Below are positions 28,108-36,304 of a stretch of 63,247 nucleotides of DNA, piece by piece (position 1 is the stretch's first letter; every line of letters starts with the position of its first letter). The stretch lies in NCBI GenBank assembly GCA_964372495.1, contig CAYJQU010000004.1:51350-114596 (forward strand), read 5' to 3'. Below the pieces are notes generated by a model that was given only the letters and a program-made list of their open reading frames with translations, was not told where the DNA came from and did no database searches. The stretch is from an uncultured Gammaproteobacteria bacterium. GTDB taxonomy: Bacteria; Patescibacteriota; Microgenomatia; JAUYPR01. A program made the translations under genes and the position numbers.

Positions 28108-28683
28108 TTGAACGTTGAGCGGCCAGAGAGAAAGGTACGTTTTCCTCGCACTGAAAAGCCGCGGGTCCCAGCAGAATGGCATGCGTACCTTGACTGGTTA
28201 CGTGGCCTTCCACCTAGAGCTTTGATACGAGCGAGTATAGAAGGAGTGTGGCCAGAAGGCACACCGCAGCATTTTACTGATCTTTATAGTAACATTCTCC
28301 CAGAGGAAGGACTCATGTGGGGCATCTTTGGTGATTATCCCCCTATTGAAGAAATCCTCAGTAGAACGCCGGAGGATATGCAGCGGCTAGAGTCAGAAAG
28401 AGGTGAGCCGCGTTTAGGAAGACTTGCTCTTGCGCTGGGAGGATCAGGAGCCGTTTTCCCGATGCCTGACATCCACTCTTTGCTCGAGCGCCCATTCTCT
28501 GTATTGGCTGATCGAGAAAGAGTGGTAGTACGGCAGCGCCTTGGGTTGGACGATGGCCGCAGCAAAACCCAAGCAGAAGTTGCCAAAACCATTGGCTGCT
28601 CGATAAGAACAATACGAAGAATTGAGCAGGGTGCCTTCAGAAAACTGAGAGGCTTGACATTAAGCGACCCCGACGGTCAGTAG
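28108..28683 (+). CDS. Protein with only an RpoD-type sigma-70 region 4 at its C-terminus
   Basis: The C-terminus RERVVVRQRLGLDDGRSKTQAEVAKTIGCSIRTIRRIEQGAFRKLR matches region 4.2 of primary sigma factors. The N-terminal 130 aa or so show no region 2 or 3 motifs. The start is TTG and uncertain. Confidence 0.6.
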   Translation: MNVERPERKVRFPRTEKPRVPAEWHAYLDWLRGLPPRALIRASIEGVWPEGTPQHFTDLYSNILPEEGLMWGIFGDYPPIEEILSRTPEDMQRLESERGEPRLGRLALALGGSGAVFPMPDIHSLLERPFSVLADRERVVVRQRLGLDDGRSKTQAEVAKTIGCSIRTIRRIEQGAFRKLRGLTLSDPDGQ

Positions 28684-28737
28684 CACCTCCCACCATTGCC
28701 ACCCTGGAAGGAATACGGTACAATACAGAAGTAATTT

Positions 28738-28809
28738 GGCAGGGTAGCTCAATGGCGGAGCGGGGTCTTCATAAGGCCATGGTTGTGGGTTCGACTCCCA
28801 CCCCTGCTA
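28738..28809 (+). tRNA. tRNA with CAU anticodon (elongator Met, or Ile2 if lysidinylated)
   Basis: It is a canonical cloverleaf: D arm GCTC/GAGC with a GG loop, anticodon loop TTCATAA, and T arm GTGGG-TTCGACT-CCCAC. It has a G1.U72 pair and discriminator A. No CCA is encoded. Confidence 0.85.
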
Positions 28810-28828
28810 CTCGTCAATACAACGCTCC

Positions 28829-29167
28829 CTAGTCAAAAAATAATCGCCACCATTTCCGCCAATTCGAAACAGATTCAACTGACTGCACCTTCAGTTGTGG
28901 CGAAGGGCTCGGTAACAAGACAACTACCTCACCAGGTCGAACAAGGTTGAGCTTATTACGCGCCTCACGCTCAACAAATTCCTCAGACCGATAATATGAA
29001 AGGTTCTGCCTGAGATGTTCATTGGAGGTTTTTAATGCCAACACGCGTTCTCCGGCATCCTGTATACGCCGGCCAGCCGACCAGAGGGAGAGCGTATGCC
29101 TACCCAGATTAAACAACACATACACTCCGGCAGTAATTATAAGGAGAAAGAGCCCACGCCGTAACAT
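28829..29167 (-). CDS. ftsB: Septum formation initiator (FtsB/DivIC family)
   Basis: It has an N-terminal TM segment, a coiled coil, and the conserved EEFVEREARNKLNLVRPGEVVV tail. Confidence 0.7.
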   Translation of the reverse strand: MLRRGLFLLIITAGVYVLFNLGRHTLSLWSAGRRIQDAGERVLALKTSNEHLRQNLSYYRSEEFVEREARNKLNLVRPGEVVVLLPSPSPQLKVQSVESVSNWRKWWRLFFD

Positions 29168-29260
29168 CTATATCACCCTTGGCCACATAAACAGCTTGCT
29201 GCTGTATGCGGTTGACGCATCGCGCATCTAATCCTATAATGAGCATAGGTGGGATTAACC

Positions 29261-30133
29261 ATGAATGTAAGCGATGCACACCAAAGCTTTATAGAACACC
29301 TCCGTGCGCGCCGGCGTGCATCAGCAACGATCTTAGCATACGGAAAGGATATCGACCAGTTGCTTACCTTCCTTGCTAGCCGTGGCAAGACCCAGGAAGG
29401 ACGGATAGAAACACGTGATCTGAAGGACTTCATGGAAAAACTTGCGAAAGAAGGATACACGCCAAAGAGCATTTCTCGTAAAACAAATTCCACCAAGACG
29501 TTCTTTCGTTATTTACGCGAGCAAAGCCTCATTAACGATGACCCAGCAGCATCACTCCAGCATCCGCAATTTGACACCAAGCCTCCCCGCATTCTATCCC
29601 GCCTCGAGTATCGAGCGCTCCGAGATGCCTGTCGGACCGACACCCGCATCGCAGCCATTGTTGAGTTGCTTCTCCAAACCGGCATCCGCATCGGAGAACT
29701 GGCAAATCTCACGGTAGATGACGTTCACTTCCCTACTGCCGAGGGGCAAGAAGGCACTCTCACCATCAAGCCTTTTGAAGGCAACTCAGGCAGAACAGTA
29801 TCACTCAATCGAGCGAGCGAACAAGCGCTGAGAGCGCACCTGACAATCAGGCCAGAGACGGAAAATCGGGCGCTGTTTGTCACAAAAACTGGCAGGCCTC
29901 TCCTTGTTCGAAACATTCGAACCGCTATTGATCGCTACTTTAGACATGCAGGTATTGAGGGTGCCAAAGTGAATGATTTGCGCCACACTTGGGTTGCTCA
30001 CCACTTGGCTGCAGGTGTCCCACTTCATGTGGTATCTAAGCTTGCAGGACATAAGCGGCTGACCACAACCGAAAAATATCTTGCGTTTGTGCAGCCAAAG
30101 GGAGAAAATAAAGTACGGTTTGAGGAACTGTAG
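29261..30133 (+). CDS. Tyrosine site-specific recombinase, XerC/XerD-like
   Basis: It has an N-terminal SAM-like domain, and catalytic motifs GIRIGEL, LRHTWVAHHL and GHKRLTTTEKY. The start is ATG 29261, preceded by TATAAT (29235..29240); ORF-track 29249 is a GTG. Confidence 0.85.
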   Translation: MNVSDAHQSFIEHLRARRRASATILAYGKDIDQLLTFLASRGKTQEGRIETRDLKDFMEKLAKEGYTPKSISRKTNSTKTFFRYLREQSLINDDPAASLQHPQFDTKPPRILSRLEYRALRDACRTDTRIAAIVELLLQTGIRIGELANLTVDDVHFPTAEGQEGTLTIKPFEGNSGRTVSLNRASEQALRAHLTIRPETENRALFVTKTGRPLLVRNIRTAIDRYFRHAGIEGAKVNDLRHTWVAHHLAAGVPLHVVSKLAGHKRLTTTEKYLAFVQPKGENKVRFEEL

Positions 30134-30136
30134 ATC

Positions 30137-30177
30137 TGGTATAATTACTACTTGGACGGGGAGCGAAATTTTATACT
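30137..30177 (+). promoter_or_regulatory. Two candidate -10 elements upstream of tRNA-Ile
   Basis: TGGTATAAT (30137..30145) would give a leader of about 33 nt. TATACT (30172..30177) lies 7 nt before tRNA position 1. Confidence 0.35.
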
Positions 30178-30184
30178 TGCAATT

Positions 30185-30259
30185 GGGCGGATAGCTCAAC
30201 GGTAGAGCAACAATCTTATACATTGTCGGTTCCAGGTTCGAATCCTGGTCCGCCCACCA
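30185..30259 (+). tRNA. tRNA-Ile with UAU anticodon, CCA encoded
   Basis: It is a canonical cloverleaf: acceptor GGGCGGA/TCCGCCC, D arm GCTC-AACGGTA-GAGC, anticodon arm ACAAT-CTTATAC-ATTGT (anticodon TAT) and T arm CCAGG-TTCGAAT-CCTGG, followed by ACCA. Confidence 0.9.
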
Positions 30260-30293
30260 GATACATGAGCCAGGCGTGTAAATGCAATACGGC

Positions 30294-30331
30294 TTGACAC
30301 TAAGTATTACTTCCTATATAGTAGTATTACT
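30294..30331 (+). promoter_or_regulatory. Promoter plus direct-repeat operator of the AbrB/PIN toxin-antitoxin operon
   Basis: It reads TTGACA (30294..30299), a 17-nt spacer, then TATAGT (30317..30322). AGTATTACT is repeated at 30303..30311 and 30323..30331, flanking the -10. The ATG is at 30332. Confidence 0.5.
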
Positions 30332-30583
30332 ATGATCGGTACTACTCTTACCCAAAAAGGGCAAGCCACTATCCCACTTCCTATCCGCCAAAAACTTGGC
30401 ATACAACCAGGGCAAAAAATATTCTTTGAAGAGAGAGGGGACGATGTACTAGTGCGTGCTCCCTCTCCGGTCGCAGTACTCAAAGGCTCGCTTAAAATCC
30501 GGCAACCATACGTCACACGGGAAGCCATCAGGGCTGTTGGCTCAATGCTCGCACGACGTCATGAAAAAGCTGCTCGACAGTAA
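30332..30583 (+). CDS. AbrB/MazE/SpoVT-family antitoxin
   Basis: The N-terminal TTLTQKGQATIPLPIRQKLGIQPGQKIFF is a typical swapped-hairpin DNA-binding domain. Length is 83 aa. Confidence 0.75.
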   Translation: MIGTTLTQKGQATIPLPIRQKLGIQPGQKIFFEERGDDVLVRAPSPVAVLKGSLKIRQPYVTREAIRAVGSMLARRHEKAARQ

Positions 30584-30953
30584 CCTACTTCTACGTTTCC
30601 TCCTCAATGACAACACTGAACAAGCCAATGCCGTCCAAAAACTCCTCGAATCATGTACGGACGAACTGATCCTCACAGATGTTTCGATTGCTGAAATTAT
30701 CTGGGTACTGACCTCATACTACAAACTCCCAAAACAGGAAGTGGCAGACAAGATAAAGCTGCTGCTTGCTCTCAAAACGATATACGCAAATAAACCTGTG
30801 CTTTTCAAAGCATTGAGTATCTACCAATCCACGAACGTCGATTACATTGATGCGTATGTGGCTGCATACGCAGAGGATGAGCAGGCTGCGGGCATCTACT
30901 CTTTTGACAAAGATTTCGAAAAAATCGCCTCAGTCAAGCGGTTAGAGCCGTAA
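30561..30953 (+). CDS. PIN-domain toxin (VapC-like)
   Basis: The start MKKLLDSNLLLRFLL carries the first acidic residue, and DYIDAYVAAYA lies later. It overlaps the antitoxin 3' end by 23 nt. The ORF-track start 30456 is rejected. Confidence 0.75.
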   Translation: MKKLLDSNLLLRFLLNDNTEQANAVQKLLESCTDELILTDVSIAEIIWVLTSYYKLPKQEVADKIKLLLALKTIYANKPVLFKALSIYQSTNVDYIDAYVAAYAEDEQAAGIYSFDKDFEKIASVKRLEP

Positions 30954-30957
30954 TATC

Positions 30958-32445
30958 TCACTCCCCCTGTAAATTCACGACGGTGACTTTGAGGCGGGTC
31001 ATCTCCTGCAATAAATACTTTGCGCCCTGGATAGTCCCGAGACCCGAGTGCTTGGTACCGAGGAATGGAAAGTGGTCGGGAGCCCGGGCGTCTTTGCCGT
31101 TGATCTGTACCGTGCCCACTTCAAGCCTCCGTGCGATTGTAAACGCTTTATTAATATCTTTCGTAAATATAGATGATTGGAGACCGTAGTCTGATTTATT
31201 CGCGATCGCAATCGCTTCGTCTATACCGCGCACGCGCATCACCGGCACCACTGGCCCAAACGGCTCCTCCCAGGCCACTCGCATCTTCTGTGTCACCCGA
31301 TCAAGAAGCGTGGCCGGTATGAAATTACCGTTGCGCTCACCTCCCATAATCACGTGCGCGCCTTGTTTGATAGCGTCATCAATGAGCTCCTGGACGTATT
31401 TCGCCTGCACCTCCGAGACCAGCGGGCCAAAGGTCGTTTTCTCATCGTACAAGCTTCCTCCCACAAACTGTTTCTCTATTTCATTTTTCAATTTCAGCAC
31501 AAATTCGTCAGCCGCCGCCGCCTCTACCAAAATTCGCTTGATGGCCGTACATCGCTGTCCTGAAAATGCCAAGCTCCCACTTGCAATCTGCGCAGCTGCC
31601 CAGTCTAAATCTGCATCTTTCAGCACAATAGAAGCATCCTTGCCAGAAAGGCCCAAGATAATCTTCTTTAGCGGTGCGCAGGTGCAGATGGTATGCGCCG
31701 TCTCGGTACTACCGGTAAAGTTGATACCAGCAACGAGCGCATGGCTGACAAGCGCAGTTCCCACCTCCGATCCTCTGCCGGTCACCACATTGAGCACACC
31801 CGACGGCAAGCCCGCCTTGACAAACAGGTGAGCAAAATGGAGTGATACGATGGATCCTTGGGTTGGTGGTTTGTAAACCACCGCGTTTCCTGCCATTAAA
31901 GCCGCAACGATTTTAGGCGCTGCTTCATTTATTGGGTAGTTAAACGGGGGGATAGCAGCTATCACCCCCAGCGGCACCCGCTCGACCAGGGCTGTCTTGG
32001 ACCTATCGAATCCAGGCCAAGCGTCCCCCGGTACCATCTCACCACAGAGACGCAAACCCTCATCGGCATAAAAATCGATGAGCTCTGCGGTACGCACGAT
32101 CTCATCACGTGCAAGCTTCACAGGCTTTGCAATCTCGGAGACGAGAAGTTGCGTAAGGTGTTCCTGGTGTTCCATAAGAACTCGTGCTACTGTATGGAGA
32201 ATCTCACTGCGTTGCCACAACGGTGTGGCTGCCCATGCAAGCTGACTTGCGGCAGCTGTCTTTACACACTGCCCCACTTCTGTATTCGAAAGTGCTTGTA
32301 TCTTGCCCAGGGGTGCGTTGTCGACAGGAGAAATAATACCGAGCGGTTCCCCCTCCGCCACCACCCACCGGCCGTTTAAGAGGTACCGATAGACAGGAGT
32401 AGCCCTATGTTCAAAAATCTCGTCAAACAGGGTAGTTTTTGTCAT
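30958..32445 (-). CDS. gapN: Aldehyde dehydrogenase, non-phosphorylating GAPDH (GapN)-like
   Basis: It belongs to the ALDH superfamily, with catalytic FSGQRCTAIKRILV and EEPFGPV motifs. Length is 495 aa. Confidence 0.7.
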   Translation of the reverse strand: MTKTTLFDEIFEHRATPVYRYLLNGRWVVAEGEPLGIISPVDNAPLGKIQALSNTEVGQCVKTAAASQLAWAATPLWQRSEILHTVARVLMEHQEHLTQLLVSEIAKPVKLARDEIVRTAELIDFYADEGLRLCGEMVPGDAWPGFDRSKTALVERVPLGVIAAIPPFNYPINEAAPKIVAALMAGNAVVYKPPTQGSIVSLHFAHLFVKAGLPSGVLNVVTGRGSEVGTALVSHALVAGINFTGSTETAHTICTCAPLKKIILGLSGKDASIVLKDADLDWAAAQIASGSLAFSGQRCTAIKRILVEAAAADEFVLKLKNEIEKQFVGGSLYDEKTTFGPLVSEVQAKYVQELIDDAIKQGAHVIMGGERNGNFIPATLLDRVTQKMRVAWEEPFGPVVPVMRVRGIDEAIAIANKSDYGLQSSIFTKDINKAFTIARRLEVGTVQINGKDARAPDHFPFLGTKHSGLGTIQGAKYLLQEMTRLKVTVVNLQGE

Positions 32446-33647
32446 TACTCTCCTAGTGTAGCATGCCGTGCCGTCATATCGTCCCGGCTTTCAATCATAC
32501 CGATAATGCGCTGTCGAAGCTGCCCGCTATTGATAAGGGTGGCACCAATAAGACGCTTCCTACACAAAAGAAGTCGGGCGAGCTTTCCTAACTGAGGATC
32601 CCCCCGAGTTACTACCTCCATACCCTCACGCAGCTCAAAATCGCCGATAAATGAAAGCTGCATCCCAAATAGCGATACTGAGTACCCAGTTACTCTCGTA
32701 AAAGGAAAACGGTCGTCTCCAGTCATGTTGAGACCGGCAACTTTTCCTTGTTCTTGGGAATTCGTCCAGTTTCCCACGCGACGATGTATACCCTGGTTGA
32801 CATCAAAAAACTCGGCCACGTCCCCTGCGGCATAGATGTTGGGAACAGTCGTCTCGAGATATTCATTTGTTTGTATACCACGCTCAGTTGTCAGGCCGCT
32901 ATTTGCAAGGGCTGAAAAATCATACTGAAGGCCGATACCAAGCGCGACAATATCGCAGGCCAGCGTGTTCCCACTACTCGTAATCACTCCTGTAACATGA
33001 GGGGCACCCGCAACCTCGGCCACTACGGTATCCCGATGGATTGCAACGCCATTGCGCTCCATCGCCTGCTCCACCAAACCTGCTGACGTTTCGTCTAGCA
33101 CTCCTCGGAACACGTGCGGTCCTCGGATCAGCACGTGGGTGGTAAGCTGGTAGTGTCGGAAGAGAGATACAAGGTCTGTCATGATAAACCCCCCACCCAC
33201 AATAACCCCTACCTTACTGTGCGAAAGACATTGCCGCAGCCGCTCTGCGTCTGCAAGTGTCCAGAAGCTTGTTACCCCTACTGATTTTCCTCCAGGAACT
33301 CCCCAAGGCATCGGCGTACCGCCTGTAGCAAGAAGGAGCTTGTCATATCTCACCGTCTCACCAGAAGAGAGATCGACCGTCTGCGCAATAGGGTCTACCG
33401 ATACCATGGTGGTATTGGTTTTGAGGGTGATCTGGTTTTCCTGATACCACTTTCTGGATCGCAAAAAGAGGCGCTCAAACGGTAGCAGTCCTTTCACATA
33501 GTGCGGAAGCAGCACGCGAGAATAGAGCCGGTAGGATTCGGCATCGACAATGGCAATGCTCCCCTGTTGGTCACTTGCACGAATAGTCTCTGCCGCAGTA
33601 GTACCTGCAACGCCACCACCAATTATAAGGTAGTCAGCGGCAGTCAT
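32445..33647 (-). CDS. FAD-dependent pyridine nucleotide-disulfide oxidoreductase (ferredoxin/rubredoxin reductase-like)
   Basis: It has an N-terminal IIGGGVAGTTAA dinucleotide fold, a second Rossmann fold VGVIVGGGFI, and AAGDVAEF. Confidence 0.75.
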   Translation of the reverse strand: MTAADYLIIGGGVAGTTAAETIRASDQQGSIAIVDAESYRLYSRVLLPHYVKGLLPFERLFLRSRKWYQENQITLKTNTTMVSVDPIAQTVDLSSGETVRYDKLLLATGGTPMPWGVPGGKSVGVTSFWTLADAERLRQCLSHSKVGVIVGGGFIMTDLVSLFRHYQLTTHVLIRGPHVFRGVLDETSAGLVEQAMERNGVAIHRDTVVAEVAGAPHVTGVITSSGNTLACDIVALGIGLQYDFSALANSGLTTERGIQTNEYLETTVPNIYAAGDVAEFFDVNQGIHRRVGNWTNSQEQGKVAGLNMTGDDRFPFTRVTGYSVSLFGMQLSFIGDFELREGMEVVTRGDPQLGKLARLLLCRKRLIGATLINSGQLRQRIIGMIESRDDMTARHATLGE

Positions 33648-33668
33648 ACATTAATTGTAGCAGGTTAC

Positions 33669-33929
33669 TTACGGGTATAATTGATTGCCGTTTTCGTCGT
33701 GAACGAAGATTGCAGCTACCGGACACGAACGGGCCGCGTCCACCAGTTCTTGTTTTTTGGCTTCATCGACTTCTAGCTCTAGCTCATGATGGGTCTTGGC
33801 AGCATCGGTAGGATCAATAATCACTGCTTTATTCTCGTCATCAATCTTAAACGATGAGGGAGAAACAATAGTGCAGGATGCAGCCCCAATACACACATCC
33901 CGATCAACACGAATTCTAAGCTTTGGCAT
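33669..33929 (-). CDS. Small single-cluster ferredoxin
   Basis: MPKLRIRVDRDVCIGAASC...SCPVAAI shows the CxxxxxC...CP pattern of 3Fe/4Fe monocluster ferredoxins. The start is set at ATG 33929. Confidence 0.75.
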   Translation of the reverse strand: MPKLRIRVDRDVCIGAASCTIVSPSSFKIDDENKAVIIDPTDAAKTHHELELEVDEAKKQELVDAARSCPVAAIFVHDENGNQLYP

Positions 33930-33933
33930 GGTG

Positions 33934-34401
33934 TTATTGTACGATGTTTTTACTGGTACGCACAAGGCTCTTGGCCAATGCCTCCTCAAACAGTTTTCGC
34001 GATTCCCTAGCCAGTTTAACAAAACCTACCGTCAATTCCTCACACCAGACGACATCTCCCTCGCCCACTAGTCTACGATCATGTTGCCGCTGCTCCCTCA
34101 AATAGTCAGAATAGTGCCTGCAAGATGTAGCCATGAAGGAGAAAGCCTGCGCGGCAATAAAATTACCTGCTTCGACTTGTAGCTGCGCGTAGGCCCGCGC
34201 AACCCAGGGGGTAACCACCCCATTTGAAACAAGCCGGTCAGAACGGGTACGGGGAGTCGTTTTAGGAACAGTGAAGAGCATGGCAGCACTCTGCTTATCA
34301 ATCTCGCTAGCAGTGGTATCCCAAAATGCGCGTGCTCTAACCTCTACTGCCTGTTGACCAGCGCTTTCAGGAATAAGATTGCAACTCTCAAACTCTCGCA
34401 T
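33934..34401 (-). CDS. Hypothetical protein
   Basis: This 155-aa ORF sits directly upstream of the ferredoxin gene on the same strand, with a 4-nt gap. I recognise no motif. Confidence 0.45.
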   Translation of the reverse strand: MREFESCNLIPESAGQQAVEVRARAFWDTTASEIDKQSAAMLFTVPKTTPRTRSDRLVSNGVVTPWVARAYAQLQVEAGNFIAAQAFSFMATSCRHYSDYLREQRQHDRRLVGEGDVVWCEELTVGFVKLARESRKLFEEALAKSLVRTSKNIVQ

Positions 34402-34462
34402 GTTTCCAGTTAATCACAGAGGCAATTGTAACCTATCGCCCTTTGTCAGCGCAACCCTCACA

Positions 34463-34720
34463 CTATTTAGCTCCCTCCTTCTCCATAATTGTTTCATTTA
34501 TCTCTTTAAGCATTTGATGCATTTGGTCTTCGGACATGCCGTGCAGTCTACATCCTGTTTCAACCGTGTCATACGTATTGGCGAAACAGCCAACGCAGTG
34601 CAAGCCATATTCGGTCATGATGCGCGCAGCTTCTGGGTAGGTATTGGCAATTTCCGCCATGTTGGAATTTGTACTTACGTATGGATACATAAGTACATCA
34701 ATCCTGGTGTTTGTACTCAT
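34463..34720 (-). CDS. DUF1858-type redox disulfide domain protein
   Basis: MAEIANTYPEAARIMTEYGLHCVGC is the typical DUF1858 core. The start is placed at ATG 34720, 7 nt after a GGGAGG Shine-Dalgarno sequence. Confidence 0.6.
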   Translation of the reverse strand: MSTNTRIDVLMYPYVSTNSNMAEIANTYPEAARIMTEYGLHCVGCFANTYDTVETGCRLHGMSEDQMHQMLKEINETIMEKEGAK

Positions 34721-35075
34721 TAAGCGCCTCCCTGAGTGTGTTGAGTCCAAGCAGCCCGCACGACATACGCCCAGGTATCAGTGGGATGCCTAAGAGCTCG
34801 AGCATGTTCTTATCGGTAAGTACAAAAAGGTTCTTGAGAGGTTTTCCTTTGGCATACTCAAGTAGCATTGATGTGGCAGCTATACTGATAGCGCACCCTT
34901 TCCCGGTGAATTGAGCGTTGTGCAGTTTGCCCCGAGCAACCAACCCCGTGATAATTATCTTGTCGCCACACAGCGGGTTAAACCCCTGCTTGTGAAAGCT
35001 TGGGTTAGGTAATTGCCCAAAGTTGCGCGGCTCACGGTAGTGATCAAGAATATGTTCCTGGTACATATCCATCAT
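34698..35075 (-). CDS. sufU: SufU/IscU-type Fe-S cluster scaffold
   Basis: It has HYREPRNFG, NPLCGD and GKGCAISIAATSML motifs. Confidence 0.85.
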   Translation of the reverse strand: MMDMYQEHILDHYREPRNFGQLPNPSFHKQGFNPLCGDKIIITGLVARGKLHNAQFTGKGCAISIAATSMLLEYAKGKPLKNLFVLTDKNMLELLGIPLIPGRMSCGLLGLNTLREALNEYKHQD

Positions 35076-36304
35076 CGTCTTGCCTTTCTCGGAAGAAGGA
35101 GTAGGTCCCTGGCTTTTTCCAGGGCTTTCCCGAGGCGATTAATTTCGTGCTTAGTAGTAAACACAGAGAAACTGGCTCGCAGGGTGGCTGGCACTCCAAG
35201 TCTCGTATGTAGCGGCATCGCACAGTGATGGCCGGCTCGAACTGCTACACCGTGTGCAGCCAGAATTTGGGCTACATCATGGGCGTGCAAACCCGGAACC
35301 TCAAATGAAACAAGGCCCCCTCGCGCCGATGCAGCACGCGGGCCAAAAATCGTAAAGCCCGCAAGCTCAAGTTTCTCGATGGCATACGCGCCAATCTCTT
35401 TTTCATGGCTTCTCACTTGTCGCATGTCAAGATCCATCAAAAAATCTACTGCCGCTCCTAATCCTATGGCTTCCGCAATAGGCGGTGTTCCGGCCTCAAA
35501 CTTGGCGGGTGGTTGTGCAAATGTCGTTTCTTGCACCGTCACCTGTTCTATCATGTGCCCCCCAAACAAAAAGGGTGGCATCTGTTCCAGTCGTGAACGT
35601 TTGCCGTAGAGTACCCCCACACCAGTCGGACCGTACATTTTATGCCCTGAACATGCATAGAAATCAACATCAAGTTTTCTAACATCGACGGGGACGTGTC
35701 CCACCGCTTGTGCCCCATCAACTAGTAGCAGTGCCCCCACCCTGTGTACGTCTTTCGCAATAGCTGTAATGGGATTCACGGTACCGAGTACATTGGAGAT
35801 GTGCGTTATCGCAACCAGCTTTGTTTTTGGCGAAAGAATTCCACCACCCCAGGCCAGCGATCCGTCTTCCAGTATATCCACTACTTTCAGGGAGGCATCC
35901 GTTTTTCTGGCAAGCTGCTGCCACGGCACAAAATTGCTGTGGTGCTCCATCATACTCACTACAATCTCATCGCCCGCAGACACATGCGTTCGTCCCCAGG
36001 CGTAAGCCACGAGGTTTATTGCTTCGGTTGTACTTTTAGTGAAAATAATCTCTTGCGGGGATGCGTTGAGAAACGACGCAACACGGGTGCGCGCCTGCTC
36101 GTACGCATAAGTCGCCTCCTCTGCTATGCTGTAGAGTCCACGATGAACATTGGCGCTGTACTGGCTCAGGTAGGAGGATACCGCGTGGATGACGGCTTTC
36201 GGTTTGAGGCTTGTGGCTGCACTGTCAAGATAAACAATCTCCGGGCGCTGTATAAGAAGTGGAAATTGTTTACGAATAGACTGCGTCAGTCTCATACGGA
36301 ACAC
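35072..36304 (-). CDS. sufS: Cysteine desulfurase SufS
   Basis: It is a class V aminotransferase with PLP-lysine context SGHKMYGPTGVG and active-site RAGHHCA. Confidence 0.9.
   Translation of the reverse strand: MFRMRLTQSIRKQFPLLIQRPEIVYLDSAATSLKPKAVIHAVSSYLSQYSANVHRGLYSIAEEATYAYEQARTRVASFLNASPQEIIFTKSTTEAINLVAYAWGRTHVSAGDEIVVSMMEHHSNFVPWQQLARKTDASLKVVDILEDGSLAWGGGILSPKTKLVAITHISNVLGTVNPITAIAKDVHRVGALLLVDGAQAVGHVPVDVRKLDVDFYACSGHKMYGPTGVGVLYGKRSRLEQMPPFLFGGHMIEQVTVQETTFAQPPAKFEAGTPPIAEAIGLGAAVDFLMDLDMRQVRSHEKEIGAYAIEKLELAGFTIFGPRAASARGGLVSFEVPGLHAHDVAQILAAHGVAVRAGHHCAMPLHTRLGVPATLRASFSVFTTKHEINRLGKALEKARDLLLLPRKARR

Noticed and set aside
28738-30953. tRNA / ftsB / tyrosine recombinase / tRNA / toxin-antitoxin considered as an integrated mobile element.
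   Set aside because: I saw no duplicated tRNA 3' segment (att repeat). The recombinase has the XerC/XerD domain layout. The core division gene ftsB lies inside the interval, and composition matches the flanks. It is most likely the chromosomal dimer-resolution recombinase.
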